From positions 1 to 64,000 of IMG/VR virus record IMGVR_UViG_3300025934_000015: a DNA stretch of 64,000 nt; one strand, 5' to 3'. Positions 8,932 to 17,843 of the stretch are shown here, piece by piece. The notes below the pieces were generated by a model, which was not told the origin of the DNA, ran no database searches, and was given only the letters and a program-made list of their open reading frames with translations. Every line of letters starts with the position of its first letter. Position 1 is the first letter of the stretch. The stretch is from a virus (lineage: Duplodnaviria > Caudoviricetes). The translations under genes were made by a program, and so were the position numbers.

Positions 8932-10263
8932 TCATTCACCCTCGGCCGCTTCTGGTGCGACGACTGTGTCCCACAATCCTCCGTCCGGTCGAAGGTCGCC
9001 TGGGACTTCCGTGGCATAGAGCGGTGCCACGCCACTAATCCGGCGGCGTGCCATGTCGGCGTACTTGGGATTCAGCTCAATGCCGATGAAATTCCGGCCC
9101 TGTCGAATGGCCGCGACGCCGGTCGTGCCACTGCCGGTAAAGGGATCGAGGACCGTATCACCCGGAATAAGTGCGCACTTGCAATTGACAATCCCTAGCG
9201 TCTCCAGACAATCGCAGCGCGTGCCCTCGGCACGACTGGACGCGAGGATGCACGGCAGGATCAGATCCTCGCTGAATGTGGCAAAGTGGGCTTCCTTGAA
9301 TGACTTCGTGGAGACTCGCCAGACGGTGCGTTTGTTCCGCTTGCCACGCGGAGCCACACCGCCGTCCGCTTCGCGCCACCGCTCACCATCATTGCGTTGG
9401 GTTTCCACCATATGCAACGAGCGCTTCCGCGCGTTCTCGATGATGCGCTTTTTCACTTCGGACGGATTCTGCACGCCTGCCGCCTCGTAGTCCTTCAGTC
9501 CGAGCCCGTCGTAGCCGTCCTCGATCTGTTTCTGCATGGCCTCCGAGGCCTCTTCCGCGATAGCGTCGCCGTTCCAGTAGTAATCCGATGACTTGGTGAG
9601 GACGAAGATGTACTCGTGCGCCTTGGTGAGTCGATCCGTGATGGACTCGGGCATCGGGTTGGGTTTGTCCCAGATCACATCGTTCCGCAGATACCACCCT
9701 TCGTCGCGGAGCGCGAACGCCACGGCCCACGGAATGCCGAGGAGATCTTTTGGTTTGATTTTGTCTGGCAGGATGCGCTTCTTCGATGGGTAGAAGGTTT
9801 CGTTCTCACGGATGAACTTGCCTTGGAATCCGCCGACCTTCGTGGGATCCCCGAGGCCGACGTTCGCGTAGGAGTCCCCGAGGTTTAGCCACACCACGCC
9901 ATCATCGCGCAACACCCGCCAGACTTCGCGGAAGACATCCACCAGGGCTTCGACGTATTGATCGGGCGTGTCCTCCAGTCCAATCTGATCGTCCTGCCGG
10001 ACTGCGCCGCACTTGGGACAGACCGAGCCATAGCCGACTTCCACGGATCCGGCGTTGGTCTGTTGCTTGCGGCTGTTCGGCGCATTATTGGCCTCGGTGA
10101 TCCGCTTGTGGTCACACGCCGGATCTCCGCCTTCCCACTCGCCGGTGCCGTAGTCCCGGAGACCGTAGTAGGGCGGCGACGTCACCACGCACTGCACGGA
10201 CGCCGATCGGAGTTCTTTCAGTTTCTTGCGCGTATCTCCGACGAGAATGCGATACGTATTCAC
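8932..10263 (-). CDS. DNA N4-C/N6-A methyltransferase (beta class) with Cys-rich inserts
   Basis: VTSPPYY precedes [11 protein letters not shown]; GTG start overlaps the upstream stop. Confidence 0.92.
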   Translation of the reverse strand: MNTYRILVGDTRKKLKELRSASVQCVVTSPPYYGLRDYGTGEWEGGDPACDHKRITEANNAPNSRKQQTNAGSVEVGYGSVCPKCGAVRQDDQIGLEDTPDQYVEALVDVFREVWRVLRDDGVVWLNLGDSYANVGLGDPTKVGGFQGKFIRENETFYPSKKRILPDKIKPKDLLGIPWAVAFALRDEGWYLRNDVIWDKPNPMPESITDRLTKAHEYIFVLTKSSDYYWNGDAIAEEASEAMQKQIEDGYDGLGLKDYEAAGVQNPSEVKKRIIENARKRSLHMVETQRNDGERWREADGGVAPRGKRNKRTVWRVSTKSFKEAHFATFSEDLILPCILASSRAEGTRCDCLETLGIVNCKCALIPGDTVLDPFTGSGTTGVAAIRQGRNFIGIELNPKYADMARRRISGVAPLYATEVPGDLRPDGGLWDTVVAPEAAEGE

Positions 10264-10478
10264 GGGTCGATACCTAGCTCCTTGAAGGACCAATACTCAA
10301 TGGAAATGTAGCAGGCGCAGCGTGTCCCGCCACAAAAGCACCGAAAGAAATCGAGGGTGACGCCATCATCAAAAATGTCAATCACTTGTCCGGACTCGCC
10401 ACCACGCGTGAACTGATCATCGGGGACGGTAAGGACTTGTCCCAGATGCACGTCCGCCCGCGTGAAGGGCTGGGTCAT
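10260..10478 (-). CDS. Hypothetical protein
   Basis: Start/stop overlaps on both sides. Confidence 0.55.
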   Translation of the reverse strand: MTQPFTRADVHLGQVLTVPDDQFTRGGESGQVIDIFDDGVTLDFFRCFCGGTRCACYISIEYWSFKELGIDP

Positions 10479-11545
10479 CGAATGACCGTCAACACGTTCA
10501 GGAAGTTGTCACCATCGGTCAACAGGAGCGCGGCCTGCGGGGTTTTCAGATGGATGTCGATCGTCTTGCCGATCGCGGCCTCGAGAAACTGGAGGAGCAT
10601 TTTCCAGTTCACGGTCATGGTAATGTCGTCGCCCTCGTAGACCGTGGACACCGTTTCGTCGGCGTCCCCGACTTGGGCACTGCTCGACGTGATCGTCACG
10701 CTGCCATTCGTGAACGCCAGGGACATGGCCCGCTGGGTTTCGTCCGCGACCAGTCCTACACGACGCAGCGCCGACGCCAGCGCCATGCGACTGATTGTAA
10801 CCTTCTTGTCGTAGTCCTTCGGGATGATGCGCTCGTAGGCCGGGAACTTGCCATCGACCTGCCGGGAGAAGAGCGTGCGGTCGCCCATCTTGAAAAACAG
10901 TAGCCGATCGCCGCGCGAGAACTGGATATCGCCGTCCGCATTGAAGGTGCTGATGATATCCATCGTTTTGAGCGGCACCAGCGCCGACGTCGGCTCGCCC
11001 TGCACGCCCTGGACCCGGGCCACGGCCAGCCGTTTGCCGTCTGTAGACACCATGGACAGGCTACCCTCCAACAGCGAGATCAACGCGCCGCTGAGTTCAT
11101 GTCGCTCACCCTTTTCGGAGATGGCGTAGCGCGTTTTGTCAATCAGGCTGTGGAACAGGTTGGACGGCAGCGTGATCGGTGTGCCTTCCATGGTCGGCCA
11201 CGCCGGAAAGTCCCCGGCAGGCAGCGACTGGAGGCGGGACTTGAAGCTGCCGCAGGCCAGATGCACAATCGTGCCTTCCTGGGTGATGCGGACGTCGGCG
11301 TCTGGCATCTGATCGACGATGGCGAGGAACTTCTTGGACGGCAGCGTGACGGTGCCTTTGACCGGCACCCAGGCATTGCACGACGTCATCAACCCCGCTT
11401 CGAGATCCGTGGCCGACAACCGCAACTGATCGTCAGCGGTCAGCAGGACGTTACCCAGGACAGCGAGAGATGGTTTCGTCGGGACCAGCTTGTCGATCAA
11501 CTTCAGTTCCTGGGCAAGTAGCTGGGTGTTCACGGTCACATCCAT
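10475..11545 (-). CDS. dnaN: DNA polymerase III beta sliding clamp (phage-encoded)
   Basis: LSATDLE, VSTDGKRLA, GKFPAYERIIP; 356 aa is typical of a beta clamp. Confidence 0.93.
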   Translation of the reverse strand: MDVTVNTQLLAQELKLIDKLVPTKPSLAVLGNVLLTADDQLRLSATDLEAGLMTSCNAWVPVKGTVTLPSKKFLAIVDQMPDADVRITQEGTIVHLACGSFKSRLQSLPAGDFPAWPTMEGTPITLPSNLFHSLIDKTRYAISEKGERHELSGALISLLEGSLSMVSTDGKRLAVARVQGVQGEPTSALVPLKTMDIISTFNADGDIQFSRGDRLLFFKMGDRTLFSRQVDGKFPAYERIIPKDYDKKVTISRMALASALRRVGLVADETQRAMSLAFTNGSVTITSSSAQVGDADETVSTVYEGDDITMTVNWKMLLQFLEAAIGKTIDIHLKTPQAALLLTDGDNFLNVLTVIR

Positions 11546-11723
11546 CGGGCGCTCCTATTCTTCATTCATCCAAATCACAAGGTATTCGGTGACAATGTAC
11601 GTGGCGGCACCCATCACGGACATGTCGCAGATGGTGAGTGGGACCACGGCTACCAGATGCGACCGGGGCGATCGCGCCAAGTCGTCGAGGAACTCCGCCA
11701 CGTGTGCGGCGAGAATCGATTGA

Positions 11724-12440
11724 CTATGATGGCGCGTCATCGTACTCTAGATCCAACACGTTCTGGCCCAGCCGCTTCGCCGCCAACTCACACCACTTTT
11801 CTTCCAGCTCAATGCCGATGGCGCGACGCCCGAGGTTCTTCGCGGCACGAAGAGTCGTGCCGCTGCCCATGTAGGGATCGATCACCAAATCGCCTTTGTT
11901 GCTGTGGCGCAGCATGAACCGTTCGATGAGGCCTTCTGGTTTCTGCGTGGGGTGCCGTTTGTTGCGGCACACCGGGTGCCGCTCGATGTTCACGGTAAAT
12001 CCGTCCGCATTCCAGACCGCAGGTTTACCATGTTTGACCAGCCACACGATCCACTCGGTTGCGGAGACGTAGCCCGGTCGCGCCGCCGGACTCGGGTTGG
12101 TTTTCTCCCACACGATGGTGCCGCGCGACTTGAGCCGTTCGGTCTCCTTGAATTCCGAGATCATCCAGTCGCTACAGAAGGACAGCAGTGATCCCCCCGG
12201 GTACAGCAGGTCTGCGGCCGGAATCAGCAAGTCCTCGGGATTCCATCCGTAGTCCCACTGGCCGAAGTCCCTGGTCATGTCCGCCCGGTCGCTGAACACG
12301 ATATCGTCCGGCACGCTGATGTTATACGGCGGGTCCGTCAGGATGAGCCGCGCAATCCCCTGGCCTAACGTCGGCAGAATCTGCCGCGCGTCGCCCTGGT
12401 AGATCACGAGGTCGTCTTGGCGGTAGTAGGGTGTTACCAT
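11724..12440 (-). CDS. DNA methyltransferase (beta class)
   Basis: LTDPPYN, HPTQKP, IDPYMGSGTT, AIGIEL. Confidence 0.92.
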   Translation of the reverse strand: MVTPYYRQDDLVIYQGDARQILPTLGQGIARLILTDPPYNISVPDDIVFSDRADMTRDFGQWDYGWNPEDLLIPAADLLYPGGSLLSFCSDWMISEFKETERLKSRGTIVWEKTNPSPAARPGYVSATEWIVWLVKHGKPAVWNADGFTVNIERHPVCRNKRHPTQKPEGLIERFMLRHSNKGDLVIDPYMGSGTTLRAAKNLGRRAIGIELEEKWCELAAKRLGQNVLDLEYDDAPS

Positions 12441-12441
12441 T

Positions 12442-12978
12442 TTATCGTGTTACCCAACCGATACGGCGCAGAAATCTTTGGCGTTGCCTACGCATTTTCT
12501 GGAAATGGATCAATCTCGCCTCATGGAGTTTACGTCGTGCGACAACACCACATGATGTACAGCAACGAACCCCACCAACAGAGATGGCGATCTCAATGTG
12601 ATCGTTAATTGGCTTACCGCACAACCGGCACGGGGCGGTTAAAAACGGTTCGATGTGTGAAATATAGTTGACTAACTGGAGCGCGGTATACTGTGAGACA
12701 ATGGGTACGATGCTATCGCTAATACGAGGATAAACAGTATCGCTGGGCGTAGTGGTAGGAACAGCATGATCCTTAGGGCGACGGACGACGTGTGGTCGTT
12801 TTTTTAATGGTCTTCTTGTTAGGTGTCCGCTGAGCAATTCTTCAAGCATCTGTATTTCTAAGCGCACGTGAGTTAGATGTGCGAGTTGCCCTGCATAGTC
12901 CGCAGCGTTATTCGCGTCACCATTAGCAATCGCTAATAGGACTTTATCACGTAAATCTTTGAAATCTTGGGGCGTCAT
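12442..12978 (-). CDS. Hypothetical protein with C-terminal CxxC..CxxC, in AT-richer segment
   Basis: CRLCG...CTSCG; lower GC than flanks. Confidence 0.6.
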   Translation of the reverse strand: MTPQDFKDLRDKVLLAIANGDANNAADYAGQLAHLTHVRLEIQMLEELLSGHLTRRPLKKRPHVVRRPKDHAVPTTTPSDTVYPRISDSIVPIVSQYTALQLVNYISHIEPFLTAPCRLCGKPINDHIEIAISVGGVRCCTSCGVVARRKLHEARLIHFQKMRRQRQRFLRRIGWVTR

Positions 12979-14006
12979 TCGGCATACTCCCGATAGATTT
13001 TACCGTGACGCTTCCATGCCTGATTAAACTGCCGGTGCTTGGGTCCGATAAATAGAACGGTGATACCGTCTGTCGGACTGCCGCATTTATTGAGAACCCC
13101 GTTGTACTCGAACGTCATCCGTCCGTAGGTATGACAGAGGACATGATCCCACTGCTTGAAAATCTCTACCGCAGGCTCATTCGACATTTGCGTGTGGTTA
13201 AACGGCATAATGAGGTTTGAGACATGCCCTAGTGTTAGTTCACGAAGCGCTTTCTTTTGCCACTCCGATCCGTCCGTCAGCGGTACATGTGCCCATATAT
13301 CACCGATCCAGGGAGCACTAAGACCACTGCGAGAGGCGGTGCAGTATTTAGCCGCTTTGATTGTGATGTTAGCCGCATGATTAGATGCAACATCGATGAA
13401 TTCTGGATGATCATCAGAGGTTGCGAACGTCTCCCACACTGATTTTATGACGTCAGGTCTGGCGTGATAACCATCCAGTTTAGAGTTCGGCTCAGGAATC
13501 AACTCCCAAGGCGTTGGATCCGGACTAAACAGATCGGTCTCGATGTGTTTGATGCGCGGTTCCCTGCGCGTCGGTAACGGCATCCAATCAGCATAGGCCA
13601 TGGGTGGTTGACGACCGGCTCCCATACGAAAACCGTCCAGACTAGTCTCGACCAGATAGAGATCGCATAACCAGACGACCCACTGGAATATTTCTGGTGC
13701 ACATTGAAACCAGTCACCGCGTTCGATTCGCAGTCCCAACTTAGTAAAGTATCCTCGCGTAGCCTTATCTGCATCACTGTCGCCGTATAATACGGCTATC
13801 AGGAACGCAGGCACCCTGCCAGTAGATCCAGAAATTTGCTCTCGGATTCGTTGGAAATTTCCGTCATTGTTATCGGTGTGGCCGATCTTTATGTGGTGCT
13901 CGCCATTCTGATCGGTTTTCCCGAGGATATAAATCAGGCTTCCACTGGCTAACGGCTCATTGAGTAGAAAGTACGAGTGCGATCCTGTAAAAAATTGGTC
14001 ATTCAT
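12975..14006 (-). CDS. GIY-YIG/T5orf172-like domain fused to a degenerate phage Dam-like domain
   Basis: IYILG...IKIGHT...R...RGDWF; C-half IDVASNHAAN...SGLSAPWIGDIWAHVPL, where HVPL occupies the NPPY position. Confidence 0.55.
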   Translation of the reverse strand: MNDQFFTGSHSYFLLNEPLASGSLIYILGKTDQNGEHHIKIGHTDNNDGNFQRIREQISGSTGRVPAFLIAVLYGDSDADKATRGYFTKLGLRIERGDWFQCAPEIFQWVVWLCDLYLVETSLDGFRMGAGRQPPMAYADWMPLPTRREPRIKHIETDLFSPDPTPWELIPEPNSKLDGYHARPDVIKSVWETFATSDDHPEFIDVASNHAANITIKAAKYCTASRSGLSAPWIGDIWAHVPLTDGSEWQKKALRELTLGHVSNLIMPFNHTQMSNEPAVEIFKQWDHVLCHTYGRMTFEYNGVLNKCGSPTDGITVLFIGPKHRQFNQAWKRHGKIYREYAE

Positions 14007-14021
14007 TCATTCGTCCTGTGT

Positions 14022-14095
14022 TGGAGCGGATGCCGGGAGTTGAACTCGGATACTCAGATTGGCAACCTGAGGTCTTACCATTAGACGACATCCGC
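14022..14095 (-). tRNA. tRNA-Gly(GCC)
   Basis: GCGGATG acceptor stem pairs with CATCCGC; encoded TCCA end; D-arm GTCTAATGGTAAGAC; anticodon loop TTGCCAA; T-loop TTCAACT with one T-stem mismatch. Confidence 0.9.
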
Positions 14096-14102
14096 ATGTC
14101 AT

Positions 14103-14573
14103 TCATTCGTGGATGGAGATCTTGTCGCGCAGCCGGACGGCCGCGCACTCGTGCACTGATTTCATGAACTCGGCTACAAATCGATGATCGTGACCGCTGG
14201 CCTCCGCTTCTGGCGTCAGGTCCGTCAGATGCTTCGGATGGACGATGAGCGTTTTGCAGCCCGCCGCCGTCTCGAAATAAATGATGTAGCGACAGTACCC
14301 GACCTGCGCCAGCCGCTTGCAGGTCAGTTCCTGTAGCCCGAAGGAATAAAAATCAGGCGTGGCGTGCTTCGTTTCCCACCACGACTGAAACTTGTGGCCG
14401 GTCAGCGAAATGTCGGGAATGCCGATGCTCCGGACGTCCTCATGACGGAAGGCGATGTAGCGGGGGATGGGCAACACGATGGCGATTTCGTCCATCAACT
14501 GGGACCGTAACTCCCCTTCCCGCTTGGGGATTTTCACTTTCCGCACGTCACGCTCAGCAATCTCGCAGATCAT
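14103..14573 (-). CDS. VRR-NUC-like PD-(D/E)xK nuclease
   Basis: REGEL...GIPDISL...WWETK; near the polymerase. Confidence 0.7.
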   Translation of the reverse strand: MICEIAERDVRKVKIPKREGELRSQLMDEIAIVLPIPRYIAFRHEDVRSIGIPDISLTGHKFQSWWETKHATPDFYSFGLQELTCKRLAQVGYCRYIIYFETAAGCKTLIVHPKHLTDLTPEAEASGHDHRFVAEFMKSVHECAAVRLRDKISIHE

Positions 14574-14816
14574 TCGTCGTCGTCCGCTTGACGTTCCGCC
14601 GCCTCGGTATGTTCAGGGCACCAGGGATGATACTGACGCACCGGTCGGCCATCGTCATCCTTGACCAGACGATAGCCGACGGGTGCGCCACAGCGTCGGA
14701 CCGGGAACTCGCCCGGTTTCGAGAAGATCCAGCCGCAACTATGTTTCATGCGTGGACCCGGAACCTATCATGGTTTAAAACCGGCGTCAAGGTCGGGCTC
14801 ACTTGGTCATGTGACC

Positions 14817-15047
14817 TTAGGACTTGCCGAGTCCATCCTCGGCATTGCACATATCCGCGATGTTATCCGCGCGCAGTTTGCTCCACATCGGGCCTCCGGA
14901 GAACTCGCGTACGCTGCCGGTCTGTCGGTCCTTGATGACGTAACATGGGCCCTGGTCCGTGGCCATCGTCTCGACGTAGAACCTCGGGAGATCCGGTTGC
15001 GTCGTTGGATCCGGCTGCGGTGCATTGGTCGGTTGATCATCACTCAT
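14817..15047 (-). CDS. Hypothetical protein
   Basis: AGGAGG RBS upstream. Confidence 0.55.
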   Translation of the reverse strand: MSDDQPTNAPQPDPTTQPDLPRFYVETMATDQGPCYVIKDRQTGSVREFSGGPMWSKLRADNIADMCNAEDGLGKS

Positions 15048-15180
15048 GGGTCCCTCCTAGGCATTTTGGTCAGCTTCGTAAACTGGGCACGGCGTCGACG
15101 ACAGCGCTTACAGTGGCGATTCGCGCAGACTTGTCCGCGTAGGAGATTGCGATCGCAGATCAAATGCTTCTCCCAGGCCT

Positions 15181-17325
15181 TCACTTACACTCCGCCCAAT
15201 GTTGGCCGGTATTCACCGACCAGCGGATCGGCACCGTCAATTGCGGAAAGGATTGGCGATTGAGTACCTCGGCCACACGTTCGCGCGTGTATGACTCACG
15301 CGCGTCCCCGCAGACCTCATCGTGCACGGTGTAGCGCATGAGAAATTGTGTGTATCTCCGTTCGCGGTGCAGTTCCACCAGTTTGCGTTTCATGATGTCG
15401 GCGGCTGAGCCCTGAATGACGGCATTCAATGCCTTATAGGCAAACTTGTCGTCAGGGAAGCGGGCTCTACGTCCAAGGATCGTTTTGACAAACTTCCTCG
15501 ACTTCGCCAGACCTTCCGCACGTTTGAGCAACCTCGGGATCTCGGGAAACATCTTGTCGTAGATGTCTACCAGCTTATCGGACTCGGCCCTCGGAATCTC
15601 CAGATACGCCGCCGCCTTCGCACGTCCACCCCCGTAGATCTTCAGAAAGTTGTACGACTTGACCTTCGTATAGGGAATGTCTGGTACGAAGGGTTTGATG
15701 ATCTCCCCGACACGTTTGTGGTAACTCATGTCGGGGTCTTCGCGGTAGCCGTCGATGATCTTATCTGACTCGCTGTAGCTGGCAAAAATCCGGAATTCGA
15801 TCTGCGCCGCATCGGCCGACAGATAATCGCCGTCGCCGGCAATGAACAGCCGCCGCACATAGAAGTCGTCCGTCTCGAACGCGGCTTTGTGCGTGTCGTG
15901 GTTCATCACTTGCTGAATGTTTTTATCACTCGCCGAGAACCGCCCACGCACCGTGCCATGCTCGTCATTCCGGAGCTGATGGAGCTGGAACCTCAAGAGC
16001 CAATCATCCCCGACAACCTCATTGTAGGCGTCGAGGAACTTACTCAGCAGCGACGAGAGCTGACCCGCCTTGCGGCCCTTCTGCACGTACTTATGCTGAA
16101 TCGGTTTCAGCACCGAGTCCGCGAAGCTGGTTGCACCCTTCGCGGTCTTCGCTTCAATCGGAATATCGAAGTGCTCAAACAGGCGTTCCCAGTCCTTACC
16201 GGAGTCTGGGTTAAACGCGAAGTGCACTTCTTTTTCAATCTCCTGGAGCAACTTATCGCGCAGCGCCCGCGCGTCGCGACACCATTGCTGAAGTAGCTCG
16301 CGGTCAATCGGCGCGGCGTTCTTTTCCATCTCGCAGACCGGGTAGATGACATCGTCTTCGAGCTGCCGGACCTCCTGGAGTTCCTCCGCATCCAACTGCG
16401 GCCACATCTTTTCGCGCAGTTGCGCCACCAGCGTGGCCTGATACTCGGCGCGCGTGGCCACTTCGTCGGACCGATACTCCGCCATGTGTTTTTCATCCAC
16501 ACGCGGCACCTCGATGCCTCCGAGGTAGTCCTTTGCGAGGACGTCGAGCGCAAACTTCCGTCGCAGATCATCGAGCAGGGCGGCATAGTGTTGGATGTCA
16601 CTGACGCTATTCTCTTGCGCCTCCAGATCGAGGTCGGCCCACTCACGCGCCATGTGGACGTCAAACTTCGTATTGGCATTGAGAATGCGCTTGCCCCGGA
16701 GTTGTTCGCGTGCGTAGCGTTTGATGGCCTCCTCGTCGTGTTGCGGTCCGCCACCCCGATGACCAAACGGCAGATACTGCGTAAAGGATCCGTCCTGTGC
16801 GCCGATGGTCATGCCGATCGGGCGGTCGCCCTTGTACCAGTGCAGACCGTTGGTCTCGAAGTTGAGAATGATGTCGGTGACGCTATGGAGTTCGATGGGC
16901 GGTTTGAGGGTCCAGTCGGTCTGCGTGGGTTTGACGCCGATGGGGCCGAGCACCTGAAGGAGGGATTGCGGTTCGGACTCCGATCGGGGCGGTTGCCAGA
17001 ACGTCGCGAAGGGTAAGAGGTGAGGTTTCAGCGCTTTGATCTGCGCGCGATCGTCGTCGCTGAGCTGCGAGGCGTTGCTGATGAATAGTCGGCCGTCGGA
17101 CCGCAGCAAGGCGTGTCCGCGCGCCTCCAGCGCCCGGGCTAGGCTGTCCGCGGCGGACCGGACGTCTGGTCCTGGGTCCGGATTGGACGCGCCCGGGGCG
17201 GTTCTGGGCGGGGCTGGCGCGGTCCCTGGTGGTTGGAGCCGGCCATTGACCACGCGGCCCAGGGACTCCGCCAAGGACCGTGGACGCGGCTGGTCCTCGC
17301 CAAACAGTCCGAGATCGTCCGCCAC
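15181..17325 (-). CDS. polA: Family A DNA polymerase with degenerate 3'-5' exonuclease domain
   Basis: GTVRGRFSASDKNIQQ, motif A SADAAQIEFR, motif B KSYNFLKIYG, NAVIQGSAADIMK, motif C VHDE. Confidence 0.93.
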   Translation of the reverse strand: MADDLGLFGEDQPRPRSLAESLGRVVNGRLQPPGTAPAPPRTAPGASNPDPGPDVRSAADSLARALEARGHALLRSDGRLFISNASQLSDDDRAQIKALKPHLLPFATFWQPPRSESEPQSLLQVLGPIGVKPTQTDWTLKPPIELHSVTDIILNFETNGLHWYKGDRPIGMTIGAQDGSFTQYLPFGHRGGGPQHDEEAIKRYAREQLRGKRILNANTKFDVHMAREWADLDLEAQENSVSDIQHYAALLDDLRRKFALDVLAKDYLGGIEVPRVDEKHMAEYRSDEVATRAEYQATLVAQLREKMWPQLDAEELQEVRQLEDDVIYPVCEMEKNAAPIDRELLQQWCRDARALRDKLLQEIEKEVHFAFNPDSGKDWERLFEHFDIPIEAKTAKGATSFADSVLKPIQHKYVQKGRKAGQLSSLLSKFLDAYNEVVGDDWLLRFQLHQLRNDEHGTVRGRFSASDKNIQQVMNHDTHKAAFETDDFYVRRLFIAGDGDYLSADAAQIEFRIFASYSESDKIIDGYREDPDMSYHKRVGEIIKPFVPDIPYTKVKSYNFLKIYGGGRAKAAAYLEIPRAESDKLVDIYDKMFPEIPRLLKRAEGLAKSRKFVKTILGRRARFPDDKFAYKALNAVIQGSAADIMKRKLVELHRERRYTQFLMRYTVHDEVCGDARESYTRERVAEVLNRQSFPQLTVPIRWSVNTGQHWAECK

Positions 17326-17399
17326 GTCAGATCCGCCCTGCCTGTCCTTTCGGCGGCATGAGCTGTCGGGAAGCTAACCCCTCCCCCAGACAGGGCGGA

Positions 17400-17843
17400 T
17401 CATTCCTTCGCGATGACTCCGGACGTGTACAACCGACGGAGACACGCGAGAATATTCCGACGCTCGTCGTGTTTGAGCGCGGCGACGATTTGTGGAGTAC
17501 GTTGACGAGGGTGCAGCAGGATATAGGTAAGGACACGTTCATTCAACGATCCGGCGCGATAGGTGGGCGCATCCTTGGCCACCCAGCCCGGCAGGACTAG
17601 GCGGGCCGGTGAATCCGGATGTGTATCAGACGGCGGACCGGCTGTCAAGGCCGTTTCCGCGTCCGCCTCCGACAAGATGGGCAAGATCGCGTCCGCGCCA
17701 ATCGACACGCCCTTCGGGAGCGTGCGATTGACGCGTGACCGTTTGTACTTCCGCAGGGGCACAATGTACGCGCGGCACGTATTGACGTGCTCCACGCGAT
17801 GTGGCGTGCCGTTGTAGAGAACCAGCAGGCCCGGCTTCAGCAC
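17400..17843 (-). CDS. Hypothetical protein, possible C-terminal winged helix
   Basis: Start overlaps the Ro60 stop; basic helical C-terminus. Confidence 0.55.
   Translation of the reverse strand: MLKPGLLVLYNGTPHRVEHVNTCRAYIVPLRKYKRSRVNRTLPKGVSIGADAILPILSEADAETALTAGPPSDTHPDSPARLVLPGWVAKDAPTYRAGSLNERVLTYILLHPRQRTPQIVAALKHDERRNILACLRRLYTSGVIAKE

Noticed and set aside
14022-14095. tRNA-Gly as a prophage attachment boundary
   Set aside because: Phage genes continue on both sides; no integrase or duplicated tRNA 3' end seen
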